Shown here: positions 19,937 through 28,927 of the stretch, one piece after another
Numbering within the stretch: the first letter of the stretch is position 1
Layout: every line of letters begins with the position of its first letter
NCBI GenBank assembly: GCA_012032555.1
Contig: JAAUSR010000006.1
Location: 40,780-104,779, forward strand
DNA: 64,000 nucleotides
Direction of reading: 5' to 3'
Source: Thioploca sp.
GTDB lineage: Bacteria; Pseudomonadota; Gammaproteobacteria; Beggiatoales; Beggiatoaceae
Translations under genes and position numbers: made by a program
The notes under the pieces: model-generated
The model's database searches: none
What the model saw: the letters and a program-made list of their open reading frames with translations, nothing else
Told to the model about the DNA's origin: nothing

Positions 19937-21046
19937 TTAAGTTAATATTTTTTTTAACGCCGCTATCAATTTTTGGTTTTCGGTTTCGGTTCCAATCGAT
20001 ACTCTTAAATGTTGTGGCATGCCATAATTGCCCACTGGGCGAACAATAATTCCTTCACGCAACAATTTTTCATAGACTTCATTAGCGGCTCTACCAACAT
20101 CAACACTAACAAAATTACAACCGGAATCAATATAAGGTAACTTCATTTCATCAAAGGCTTGAATCAGCTTTTGCATGCCCGCGAAATTAAAAGCCACACT
20201 TTTTTCAATATATTGATTATCACTTAAAGCCGCTGTAGCCGCACTCAGTGCCAAACTATTCACATTAAAAGGTTGTCTTACTCGATTAAGCAAATGAGCT
20301 ACTTCGGGATGTGAAATCGAATAACCGACTCTTAAGCCAGCTAAACCATAGGCTTTAGAAAAAGTACGCGTAATAATTAAATTAGGATAGAAAACTAACC
20401 ATTCTAAGGTGTTAGGATACACCGGGTTTTCAACAGCATATTCAAAATAGGCTTCGTCTACAATAACTAATACGGTTTCTGGAATCGTTTCTAAGAAATT
20501 TTTTAGACTCGTTTGATTAATCCAGGTTCCGGTTGGATTATTCGGATTAGCAATAAATACTAAACGGGTATCTTCACGAATAGCCGCCTGCATCGCGACT
20601 AAATCATGTCCCCAATTTTTAGCGGGTGTCACGATCGCTTGTGCACCAATCGCCTGGGTTACGATAGGATAAACTGCAAAGGCATATTCTGAAAACACAA
20701 TCGATTGAGTTGGCGTAACAAAGGCGCGCGCAATCAGTTCCAAAACATCATTAGAACCATTACCCAAAGTAATCATATCCATTTCAATGCCATACCTTTG
20801 CGCCAAGGCTTTCTTCAAATTAAAACCATTACCATCTGGATAGCGGCTAATGTCTTTTAAACTACTTTGTATTGCTTTTAAAACGATGGGGCTTGGACCC
20901 AGAGGATTTTCATTAGAAGCGAGTTTAATTACATTTTTTATCCCATATTCACGTTCTAATTCTTCAATGGGTTTCCCCGGTTGATAAGGATGTAGTCCTT
21001 GAATGCCTGGGGTAGCCAGTTTAAAAATATCACAAGTCATATTCAT
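19937..21046 (-). CDS. hisC: histidinol-phosphate / aromatic aminotransferase (class II)
   Basis: KLASNENPLGPSP and the PLP-lysine motif FSKAYGLAGLRVGY. It lies directly downstream of pheA. Confidence 0.9.
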   Translation of the reverse strand: MNMTCDIFKLATPGIQGLHPYQPGKPIEELEREYGIKNVIKLASNENPLGPSPIVLKAIQSSLKDISRYPDGNGFNLKKALAQRYGIEMDMITLGNGSNDVLELIARAFVTPTQSIVFSEYAFAVYPIVTQAIGAQAIVTPAKNWGHDLVAMQAAIREDTRLVFIANPNNPTGTWINQTSLKNFLETIPETVLVIVDEAYFEYAVENPVYPNTLEWLVFYPNLIITRTFSKAYGLAGLRVGYSISHPEVAHLLNRVRQPFNVNSLALSAATAALSDNQYIEKSVAFNFAGMQKLIQAFDEMKLPYIDSGCNFVSVDVGRAANEVYEKLLREGIIVRPVGNYGMPQHLRVSIGTETENQKLIAALKKILT

Positions 21047-21067
21047 TTAAAGTACAGTATTTAAGGT

Positions 21068-22168
21068 TTAGAGAATAGCACGAGGATAAGAACCCAAGTG
21101 TTTAATTAAACTGGTATATTTTTCTAATGTTTGTAGCGCCTTCACAATAGGGGCATCTTGAATATGTCCTTCAATATCAACAAAAAAAACATATTCCCAT
21201 ATCCCTTGTCGTGAGGGTCTTGATTCAATTCGAGTCATATTAACCTGGTTGTGTGCAAAGGGTTCTAGTAAATCATATAATGCTCCTGGTTGATTAGGCG
21301 TAGACAATAATAGCGAAGTTTTATCGCTACCCGTTGGCGGGGTTTCTTGTTGTCCCAGTACCGCAAAGCGAGTCGTATTGTTAACATTATCTTCAATGCG
21401 TGAAGCGATGATTCGTAAGGGGTAGATATCAGCAGCCATTTGTCCCGCAATAGCAGCCGCATCCGCTTCATTAAGCGCACGCCGTGCTGCTTCCGCATTA
21501 CTGTTGACCGCAATTCGCTCTACCCGAGGTAAGTGACTATTTAACCAGTGGTGACATTGTGCTAAAGATTGTTGGTGCGAATAAATCCGTTGAATTTGCT
21601 CTATTTTATCCACATTAGTGAGTAGATGATGATGAATCGGTAATTCAATTTCTCCACAAATTTTTAAGGGAGTATTGACAAAACTGTCTAAAGTTTGATT
21701 GACCCCACCTTCGGTTGAATTTTCTACCGGCACTACACCGTAATTTGCTGTCTTAGCTTCAATTTCGCGAAAGACTTCTTCAATAGTTTGTAGGGGAATA
21801 TTCTGGGCGGCGTGACCAAAATGTTTATATACAGCGGCTTGCGAATAAGTACCCACTGGACCAAGAAACGCTATTTTCAGTGGTTGTTGTAAAGCTAAAC
21901 AATCTGACATAATCTCGCGAAAAATCCGAGTTAACGTTTCATTAGACAAGGGACCTTGATTACGGGCAACCACTTTACGCAAAACTTCCGCTTCACGTTC
22001 TGGTCGATAGAATATCGGCTTGACTTCTTGTGCATATTTTGCTTGAGCGACTTCCGTAGCGAGACCAGCACGTTGCGTAATGAGATCTTGAATTTTTTCG
22101 TCTAATTCATCAATTTGAGCGCGAACAGTCGCTAAATCATTAATCATAAACATTATCTTTAACAGCAT
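21068..22168 (-). CDS. pheA: bifunctional chorismate mutase / prephenate dehydratase (P-protein)
   Basis: N-terminal CM helix LATVRAQIDELDEKIQDLITQR, the PDT motif NTTRFAVLG, and ACT-domain ESRPSRQGIWEYVFFVD. The true start may be the internal Met at about 22147. Confidence 0.9.
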   Translation of the reverse strand: MLLKIMFMINDLATVRAQIDELDEKIQDLITQRAGLATEVAQAKYAQEVKPIFYRPEREAEVLRKVVARNQGPLSNETLTRIFREIMSDCLALQQPLKIAFLGPVGTYSQAAVYKHFGHAAQNIPLQTIEEVFREIEAKTANYGVVPVENSTEGGVNQTLDSFVNTPLKICGEIELPIHHHLLTNVDKIEQIQRIYSHQQSLAQCHHWLNSHLPRVERIAVNSNAEAARRALNEADAAAIAGQMAADIYPLRIIASRIEDNVNNTTRFAVLGQQETPPTGSDKTSLLLSTPNQPGALYDLLEPFAHNQVNMTRIESRPSRQGIWEYVFFVDIEGHIQDAPIVKALQTLEKYTSLIKHLGSYPRAIL

Positions 22169-22218
22169 CGGTTAAGTTTAAGCCGTTTAAATATCGAATG
22201 GTTAATTAACCCAATTCG

Positions 22219-23058
22219 TTATTTGCCTAAGCCAAAATTATATAAACTATTTTTACTGATTCCAGTAATCTCACTGGTTAATTGAGCCGCTTGCTTCAGC
22301 GGCAAATCTTGGCGTAATAAATTAAAAATGCGTTGGGTATTTAGATCCAGGGTCTTATTGTCTGGCGGCGGTGCGCCTTGTACCACGATGACAAATTCAC
22401 CTTTTTGTCGCTCGGGTTGGGCACTTAACCAAGCAAAGATATCTGCTAAAGTACTACGGTAGACGGTTTCAAAACATTTAGTTAATTCTTTGATGATCGC
22501 CGCTTGACGTTGTTCGCCCCAAATCTGTTTCATATCTTGGATACAATCTAGAATTCGATGGGGTGCTTCGTAAAATACTAAAGTTCTCAGTTCTTGGGCT
22601 AAATGGTTAAGCTGTTGCCGGCGTGCCGTCGTCTTTGCGGGTAAAAAACCTTCAAATACAAAACGATCTGCTGAGAAACCCGCAACAGATAAAGCACTCA
22701 CCAGCGCACTTGGACCAGGAATGGGTATCACGGTAATCGCTTGAGTATGAGCCATTTCGAGCAAATAACGGCCGGGATCACTAATTAGCGGTGTTCCCGC
22801 ATCACTAATCAGAGCCAAATTATCACCCGCTTGTAACCGTTGTAATAAAATTGGCGTCATTTGGTGTTCATTATGTTCATGTAACGATTGTAAAGGGGTG
22901 TTAATCCCTAAATAAGTCAATAAATGACGGCTATGACGGGTATCTTCGGCGACAATAAGAGTAACTTCTCGCAAAACCGATTGGGCACGTGGACTTAAAT
23001 CTTGTAAATTACCAATGGGTGTCGCTACCACATAGAGAGTACCGATTGAATTAGACAC
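22219..23058 (-). CDS. rsmI: 16S rRNA (cytidine1402-2'-O)-methyltransferase
   Basis: GTLYVVATPIGNLQDLSPRA N-terminus and tetrapyrrole-methylase-like fold motifs. Confidence 0.85.
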   Translation of the reverse strand: MSNSIGTLYVVATPIGNLQDLSPRAQSVLREVTLIVAEDTRHSRHLLTYLGINTPLQSLHEHNEHQMTPILLQRLQAGDNLALISDAGTPLISDPGRYLLEMAHTQAITVIPIPGPSALVSALSVAGFSADRFVFEGFLPAKTTARRQQLNHLAQELRTLVFYEAPHRILDCIQDMKQIWGEQRQAAIIKELTKCFETVYRSTLADIFAWLSAQPERQKGEFVIVVQGAPPPDNKTLDLNTQRIFNLLRQDLPLKQAAQLTSEITGISKNSLYNFGLGK

Positions 23059-23334
23059 CTCACCGTTTCCTTAAAAAATATTTTTGTCGTATTTCTACTA
23101 TAATTACTGTCATTGTCGTATTAATTACAATCACCCCTGTTATAACCCATTAAAAATTAATATAACTAATGTTGGCGTAGTCATTGCCATAGCCATTATT
23201 TAAGTTTCTCCGATGATCGTTGTCACCTCAAAACTGGTTAAGGAGAGACTCATATTCCATCTCCTGGTGGCTAGTCTTCTCGTTAGCTGCGATCTGGCGA
23301 GAAGACCATATAGAATACCACTGGTTTTAATTGC

Positions 23335-23811
23335 TCAATAGAAAATTTTATCACTTTTAGCAATCCATTGCTCAAAAACCCACTTAGCCATATCATCAGC
23401 TAAATGGATAAAAGGTATTGTTCTCTGTGTATGTAAAATCGCTATTTCCTGATAAATAAAATCATCATTAAAACCAATATGAGCAGCCTGTTGTTTCGTA
23501 TTGGCATAATACACTTTCGCTAATTTTGCCCAATAAATTGCACCTAAACACATTGGACAAGGTTCGCAACTCGTATAAATATCACAATCATAGAGTTGAA
23601 AAGTGCTCAGCGCTTGACAAGCTTGGCGAATCGCTACAATTTCCGCATGTGCGGTTGGGTCGTTAGTAGCGATGACCAAATTTTTTCCATAGGCAATAAT
23701 TTGACCGTCTTTAACAATGACCGCACCAAAAGGACCACCTTCGTTGGTCGTGATATTTTCCCCAGCTAACTTAATAGCCTGTTCCATAAAATATTTTGCT
23801 TTATCTTCCAA
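23335..23811 (-). CDS. zinc-dependent nucleoside/guanine deaminase (CMP/dCMP deaminase fold)
   Basis: HAEIVAIR and CEPCPMCLGA zinc-binding motifs in a 158-aa protein. Confidence 0.8.
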   Translation of the reverse strand: MEDKAKYFMEQAIKLAGENITTNEGGPFGAVIVKDGQIIAYGKNLVIATNDPTAHAEIVAIRQACQALSTFQLYDCDIYTSCEPCPMCLGAIYWAKLAKVYYANTKQQAAHIGFNDDFIYQEIAILHTQRTIPFIHLADDMAKWVFEQWIAKSDKIFY

Positions 23812-24416
23812 ATCGTTAATCTCCCTAATTTTTTACCTACATAGTTTTGTATCACGAATTAATTTATAATATGGTCACCTTATGATATTCCGTCACGGGT
23901 TTTAAACAAGCAATCCTTATTTTACAGCACGAATCGGATAAGGGAATGCTTGCCGAGAAATGATACAAGCGTTAGAATCCGTATTGGAATAAGTGGTTAG
24001 CTTTGCCACCTCGACCTAAAATAAGTAAGCGGGCGAGTGGGTTACTGAATCGTTGAAGGGTATTAGTAGCCGGTAGGAATCAGCTTGAAAATGGCTATCT
24101 GACTGACCTTACTCTGTAAAGCCGGTTAGAAAATAGAGTGAGTGAAATCAGGTTAAGCTTTGGTACCACTAGCGGAATAGAATGAGGGTGCTACCCAAGC
24201 CCCTACCTTTCTATACCATTCGATTATCAGTTTATCTCAATCGAGTTAGATAACCGGTGAACTTCAAACAAAAGAATACAGGCGAAGAACAGCTTAGTAT
24301 ATCGCCTATTCGAAGGATCGAAGGGCCGGCTTAAGCAAAAAAACCAGCCCGAGCGACTGAAGCGTTTCAATCCAAGAGGGTTTTTTCGCTTCCGACCAAG
24401 CAAATATAGGAGGAAT

Positions 24417-26228
24417 TTGATGAACACGATCTTAAAGGTGTTATCTATTTTAAGTGTATTTTCAATTATTAATTTAGTCCAAGCCGGTGAATCTGGGTTA
24501 CTGCTCGGTTTACGGGTTGGGGGACATTATGATACCGCTGCTACACTCGATAAACCAAAGCGTTTAGAAAATTCTCAGGAATCAGTTTCTTATCGTACTT
24601 TTTGGTTTAGTGCACAGGATGGCAAAATTGAATTGGTTGCAGAACGAACTAATTTGTTGGTACCCCGTGAAGATGGATTTTGGCGGGTTGATGTTAAACA
24701 GAGTAGTTATAATAACTTTAAAGAAGACTTTATTTGGATTAATCCGGCACCCGATCCGGATGCCATTCCCAATCCTATCCTAGCAGAACAAGAAGGCGTT
24801 AATGCCTTTGATGTCTCACTGTTAGTTAAAGAACAAGGGATTGAAATGCCGGCGGGTGAATATTGTAATGGTCATGCTTACCGTGATATTTTGTTTATTG
24901 GAATTAATTATATGTCAGTAGGCTATGTTCGCAGCCAGTTATGTAATGGTTCAGTTGGAATTTCAACGGATAGTGCTTTACAAATGTTCTCATTAGATGA
25001 ATTCAAACCGGTTAATATCTCATCTTTAGTTGAAGCACAAGAAGGGACCGTTTTTTTCCGCACCGCTAAAGAATATCAAGACCAAAGTAAGGATAAAAAT
25101 AGTCAAGAATGGGGAGATTTCAGTGGTGGTGTTGTACGCCAACCCGGTAAATGGGTTGTTAAAGGCCATTTTCCCATCAAGAAAGACAACTACACCCATT
25201 TTGATGTGCCAATAACTCCTTCTCAATTAGTCGAATACGGTGAACTTCATCCGGATTGGGAAACAATTAAACAGCTGGTTCCAGAAGCAATCGATGCTTT
25301 TAGCTCTCCGACTCAAGATTGGTTAGTGGTATTAACTAAAACCGGTTTACTCGGTTTTACCCTCAATGAAACCGGTATCAATTCCAAACCGGTATTGCAA
25401 CTCTACTTAAAGCAACCGGTTACCGCCGTGATGGCGCATTGGGCTGAAGGGTTAAGAGTAATGAATTGGAGTGAGGAAATCCAAAACATTGGTCCTAACC
25501 CGCGGAAAAGTTGGATTACTGAGATTCCCCTCTCACCTGGAAAAGGTCAGACGATAGGTGTTATTGTCTGTAAAACGCCAACCTTGAACATCCGCCAAGG
25601 AATGGGACAACATACCAAGCCCATTGGTAAAGTTAAAAAAGGCGCCAAACTACCGGTTTTAAATGTGTTAGGGAGTTGGTATCAAGTTAAAGTCAATGAA
25701 GATGTTAGTGGCTATGTTCACCGTAATGACTTTAAAATTTTACCAAGCTTACCGTATATTCAAACCGGTTGTCCGATGAGCAATTGTAATTATGGTACCT
25801 GGAAACTGAAGCAAGCAACTTTAATGTACGCAAAACCTTCTTTACAATCAGAATCGGTAACAAAACTGGAACCGATGCAAGTAGTAGAAGCATTAACCGG
25901 TGAAATCCATACCGCCAGATATGGTGAAATTGAAGTTGTTAACGCCATAGAACTCAACGAAGATAATCAAAAGTTAGCTTTACAACCCGGTGATCGGCTA
26001 TTTGACCTAGAATCGATTGGGTTGGGAATGCATACCATTTGGTATAATGGCGAAATCTATTATTTAAGTAATGGTTGGGACCCTGACACAGCTAAAAACA
26101 AAACTCTCTGGGGTAAAGAGCTTATCGATCGCCAAACCGATTGGTGGGTTAGAATAAATGTACCAGAGAAAAATCTAACTGGTTGGATTGTTAACCCATT
26201 TGCAGATGGAATAACAACCTCAATGTAA
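24417..26228 (+). CDS. secreted hypothetical protein with a bacterial SH3 domain
   Basis: RBS aggagg sits 8 nt before ATG 24420 (TTG at 24417 in the track). Signal peptide MNTILKVLSILSVFSIINLVQA. SH3b-like block TLNIRQGMGQHTKPIGKVKKGAKLPVLNVLGSWYQVKVNEDVSGYVHRNDF. Confidence 0.6.
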   Translation: MMNTILKVLSILSVFSIINLVQAGESGLLLGLRVGGHYDTAATLDKPKRLENSQESVSYRTFWFSAQDGKIELVAERTNLLVPREDGFWRVDVKQSSYNNFKEDFIWINPAPDPDAIPNPILAEQEGVNAFDVSLLVKEQGIEMPAGEYCNGHAYRDILFIGINYMSVGYVRSQLCNGSVGISTDSALQMFSLDEFKPVNISSLVEAQEGTVFFRTAKEYQDQSKDKNSQEWGDFSGGVVRQPGKWVVKGHFPIKKDNYTHFDVPITPSQLVEYGELHPDWETIKQLVPEAIDAFSSPTQDWLVVLTKTGLLGFTLNETGINSKPVLQLYLKQPVTAVMAHWAEGLRVMNWSEEIQNIGPNPRKSWITEIPLSPGKGQTIGVIVCKTPTLNIRQGMGQHTKPIGKVKKGAKLPVLNVLGSWYQVKVNEDVSGYVHRNDFKILPSLPYIQTGCPMSNCNYGTWKLKQATLMYAKPSLQSESVTKLEPMQVVEALTGEIHTARYGEIEVVNAIELNEDNQKLALQPGDRLFDLESIGLGMHTIWYNGEIYYLSNGWDPDTAKNKTLWGKELIDRQTDWWVRINVPEKNLTGWIVNPFADGITTSM

Positions 26229-26234
26229 AAAATG

Positions 26235-26302
26235 ATAAATGGGCGTTAGGAACACCCAAGATTCTATTATTCTAACGCCTCATTTATTATAAGCGTTTTT
26301 TT
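26235..26302. terminator. bidirectional terminator-like hairpin between convergent genes
   Basis: Long imperfect stem ataaatgggcgttag / ctaacgcctcatttat with one bulge, followed by gcgttttttt on the plus strand. Confidence 0.45.
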
Positions 26303-26324
26303 ATGTTGACAGTTAAAAATCAAC

Positions 26325-27167
26325 TTAGTTAGGCAAATGTCGTATAACCCAGTCCAGAATACGAGATGAAAATAATCGTTTTAAGGTAACCAACAAATAA
26401 GTGGGAACAGTTACATAATAACGTACTTGCGGGCGTGGCGCTTCTAAAGCCTGGATAACTTTTTTAAGTACCGCTTCCGGTGGTAAAGTAAATGGAACCA
26501 CTGCACCTTGGGTTAATAGCCGTTGTTCTAACTGTGCATACACTTGGCGATGAGCACTTTTGGACACATCAATATATTGCCTAAACTTAATATAAGCATT
26601 ATCACGAAATCGACTCTTAATCGGTCCAGGTTCAATCAAGGAGATATAAATACCGGTACCCGTTAATTCTAACCGCAAAGTATCTGTTAAACCCTCTAAA
26701 GCATGTTTACTCGCATTATAAGCTCCACGATAAGGAAACGCGACTAACCCGAGCAAGGAACTATTTTGAATAATTCGTCCCTCACCTTGGCGGCGCATAA
26801 TGGGGATAACTTGGCAAGTTAACTCATGAGTTCCGAACAAATTGGTTTCAAATTGTTGTCGTAAGGCTTCACGGCTTAAATCTTCTACCGCGCCCGGTTG
26901 TCCATAAGCACCATTATTAAATAAACCATAAAGTTGCCCCTGAGTTTGTGCTAATATCGTTTGGATTGCTTGATAAATGGATTGCGAATCCTGCAAATCT
27001 AATACGAGGCTTTCTAATCCTTCCTGTTGTAACCGAACGACATCTTTAGCTTGGCGCACCGTCGCAAATATCCGATAACCTCGTTGTTTTAAGCCATGAG
27101 CAACCGTATAACCGATACCACTAGAACAACCGGTGATCAACACCGCGCGTGAAGACAATGAGATCAT
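26325..27167 (-). CDS. short-chain dehydrogenase/reductase (SDR)
   Basis: Cofactor motif VLITGCSSGIGYT and catalytic YNASKHAL. Confidence 0.85.
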   Translation of the reverse strand: MISLSSRAVLITGCSSGIGYTVAHGLKQRGYRIFATVRQAKDVVRLQQEGLESLVLDLQDSQSIYQAIQTILAQTQGQLYGLFNNGAYGQPGAVEDLSREALRQQFETNLFGTHELTCQVIPIMRRQGEGRIIQNSSLLGLVAFPYRGAYNASKHALEGLTDTLRLELTGTGIYISLIEPGPIKSRFRDNAYIKFRQYIDVSKSAHRQVYAQLEQRLLTQGAVVPFTLPPEAVLKKVIQALEAPRPQVRYYVTVPTYLLVTLKRLFSSRILDWVIRHLPN

Positions 27168-28064
27168 TCTTTAGTCCTATTATTTCTTAATTTCCAGGAT
27201 GAGCATGTTAGGCAATACCTACTCTATATATCTATATACTAACGACAATTTTTTCACAACACAGTTGTTGAATACCACCTAAAGTGAGGTAATTAGTTCA
27301 TCTATTTGCTTAAGAACCAAGTGTAATACACCAAACAAATGGACATATCTATCGTAAAACTGATCCTATTTGAAGTAAAGATTTCATTTTCCAACTACTG
27401 TTTTGTCAAGTTATCAATTGACGGTAGTATTCCTAAAGTAATAACGCAGTAAAGTTTATAATGCTGTGTTTTTGCCTCTCGACCGAACTAACAACATCCT
27501 TACCAACCTTTTCCCCAAGATCGAACTTTAGTATTGATGAAACCAAAACAGTAAAACTTGGTGATGTTAATCTGGTAAGAGATGAGAAATATTCCTCTTG
27601 TCATCATGGGGTAGCTCATGGGTTTATCTAATTGATTAGATTACCCATAACCAAAATGTGTTTAATGCTCAATCTCGTTGCCGCTTTGATGGTTTATTCT
27701 TCTTAGCCTAACAAACCTTCTCTTAATCGGAGTCTAGGTCATCAGTCTATGATTGTGGTTAGTTCTGATAATCGGTTTCATGCTTTGGAGCCGAATGTCT
27801 AGGGAATTACTTATATCGAACTCCGGTTAATCTTCTCTACTCATTTCCTCAAGTTCTCCTAGAATATTCAGTACATTGCTATAGCATTGTTTTTCTATAG
27901 CGGTTCGCAATTCAGCTAATTCTTCTATAGAAATCCTCTTAATACCTTGTTAGTCTTGATACTTTAAATTAATCAAATACCGTATAAAGTTCTTGATCAC
28001 CAGTGAAAATCTAAATACCATGCTCAATTATCAGTTATCAGTTATTAGTCATTAGGTTTATAAA

Positions 28065-28907
28065 ATGGCAACATATGCTATTGGCGATATCCAAGGTTGT
28101 TATACAGAATTACAACAGTTACTTGAACAGGTTCAGTTTGATCCCAGCCAGGATATCCTTTGGTGTACGGGTGATTTGGTCAATCGGGGACCACGTTCAT
28201 TAGAAGTATTAAGATTTTTCAAGCAATTAAAAGAACGTGCGGTAGTGGTGTTAGGCAATCATGATTTACACTTACTGGCTGTCGCTTACGGTAACGAGGA
28301 TTATTTGCATCCGCAAGATACTTTATTACCCATTTTGCAAACAGCTGATAGTGAGGAATTAATTAATTGGTTACGTCATCGTCCTTTGCTGCACCACGAT
28401 GCTCAGCTTGGTTTTACTTTAATTCATGCTGGCTTACCGCCACAATGGAATTTAGCGCAAGCCAGTCAATGTGCTCGTGAAGTAGAAACCACTTTGCGTG
28501 GTCCGCAATGTCAAACCTATTTTACCTATCTTTATGGTGATAAGCCCAAGCAATGGTCTGAGGAATTGACTGGTTGGGAGCGATTACGGTTTATTACCAA
28601 TTGCTTTACTCGCTTACGTTATTGTAATGCGGAAGGTCAATTGGCTTTAAAAAATAAACAAGCACCACAGTTAAAACATAATACGCCACACGAAGATAAA
28701 CCATGGTTTTTATGGAAACATCGTGCGAGTCGTGAATTGCGAATTGTTTTTGGACATTGGGCGACGTTGGGTTATTATGCTGATAATGGTGTATATGCTT
28801 TGGATACGGGTTGTGTTTGGGGTGGTGCTTTGACCGCGCTACGTTTAGAAGACCAACAAATTTTTCAAATAGCTTGTTCGAAAACCGGTAACCCGGGTAA
28901 AGTTTAA
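28065..28907 (+). CDS. apaH: bis(5'-nucleosyl)-tetraphosphatase, symmetrical
   Basis: Metallophosphatase motifs YAIGDIQGC, GDLVNRGP and GNHDLHLL in a 280-aa protein. Confidence 0.9.
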   Translation: MATYAIGDIQGCYTELQQLLEQVQFDPSQDILWCTGDLVNRGPRSLEVLRFFKQLKERAVVVLGNHDLHLLAVAYGNEDYLHPQDTLLPILQTADSEELINWLRHRPLLHHDAQLGFTLIHAGLPPQWNLAQASQCAREVETTLRGPQCQTYFTYLYGDKPKQWSEELTGWERLRFITNCFTRLRYCNAEGQLALKNKQAPQLKHNTPHEDKPWFLWKHRASRELRIVFGHWATLGYYADNGVYALDTGCVWGGALTALRLEDQQIFQIACSKTGNPGKV

Positions 28908-28927
28908 CTATCCACTGCTGGAAAATT

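Noticed and set aside
23812-24416. RNase P RNA, tmRNA, or a TPP/cobalamin/c-di-GMP riboswitch in the long spacer.
   Set aside because: gaagggccggcttaag superficially resembles the ACAGAAcCCGGCUUA P4 strand of RNase P. However, the partner GGAAAGUCCGG element is absent on either strand. There is no tRNA-like 3' end for tmRNA, and no riboswitch core consensus could be aligned by eye.
27640-27950. A toxin-antitoxin relic on the minus strand (..IEELAELRTAIEKQ..SRED* followed by MKPIIRTNHNHRLMT*).
   Set aside because: The fragments are too short and lack diagnostic motifs, so I cannot assign either to a TA family. I kept this only as a general note about an ORF-free stretch.
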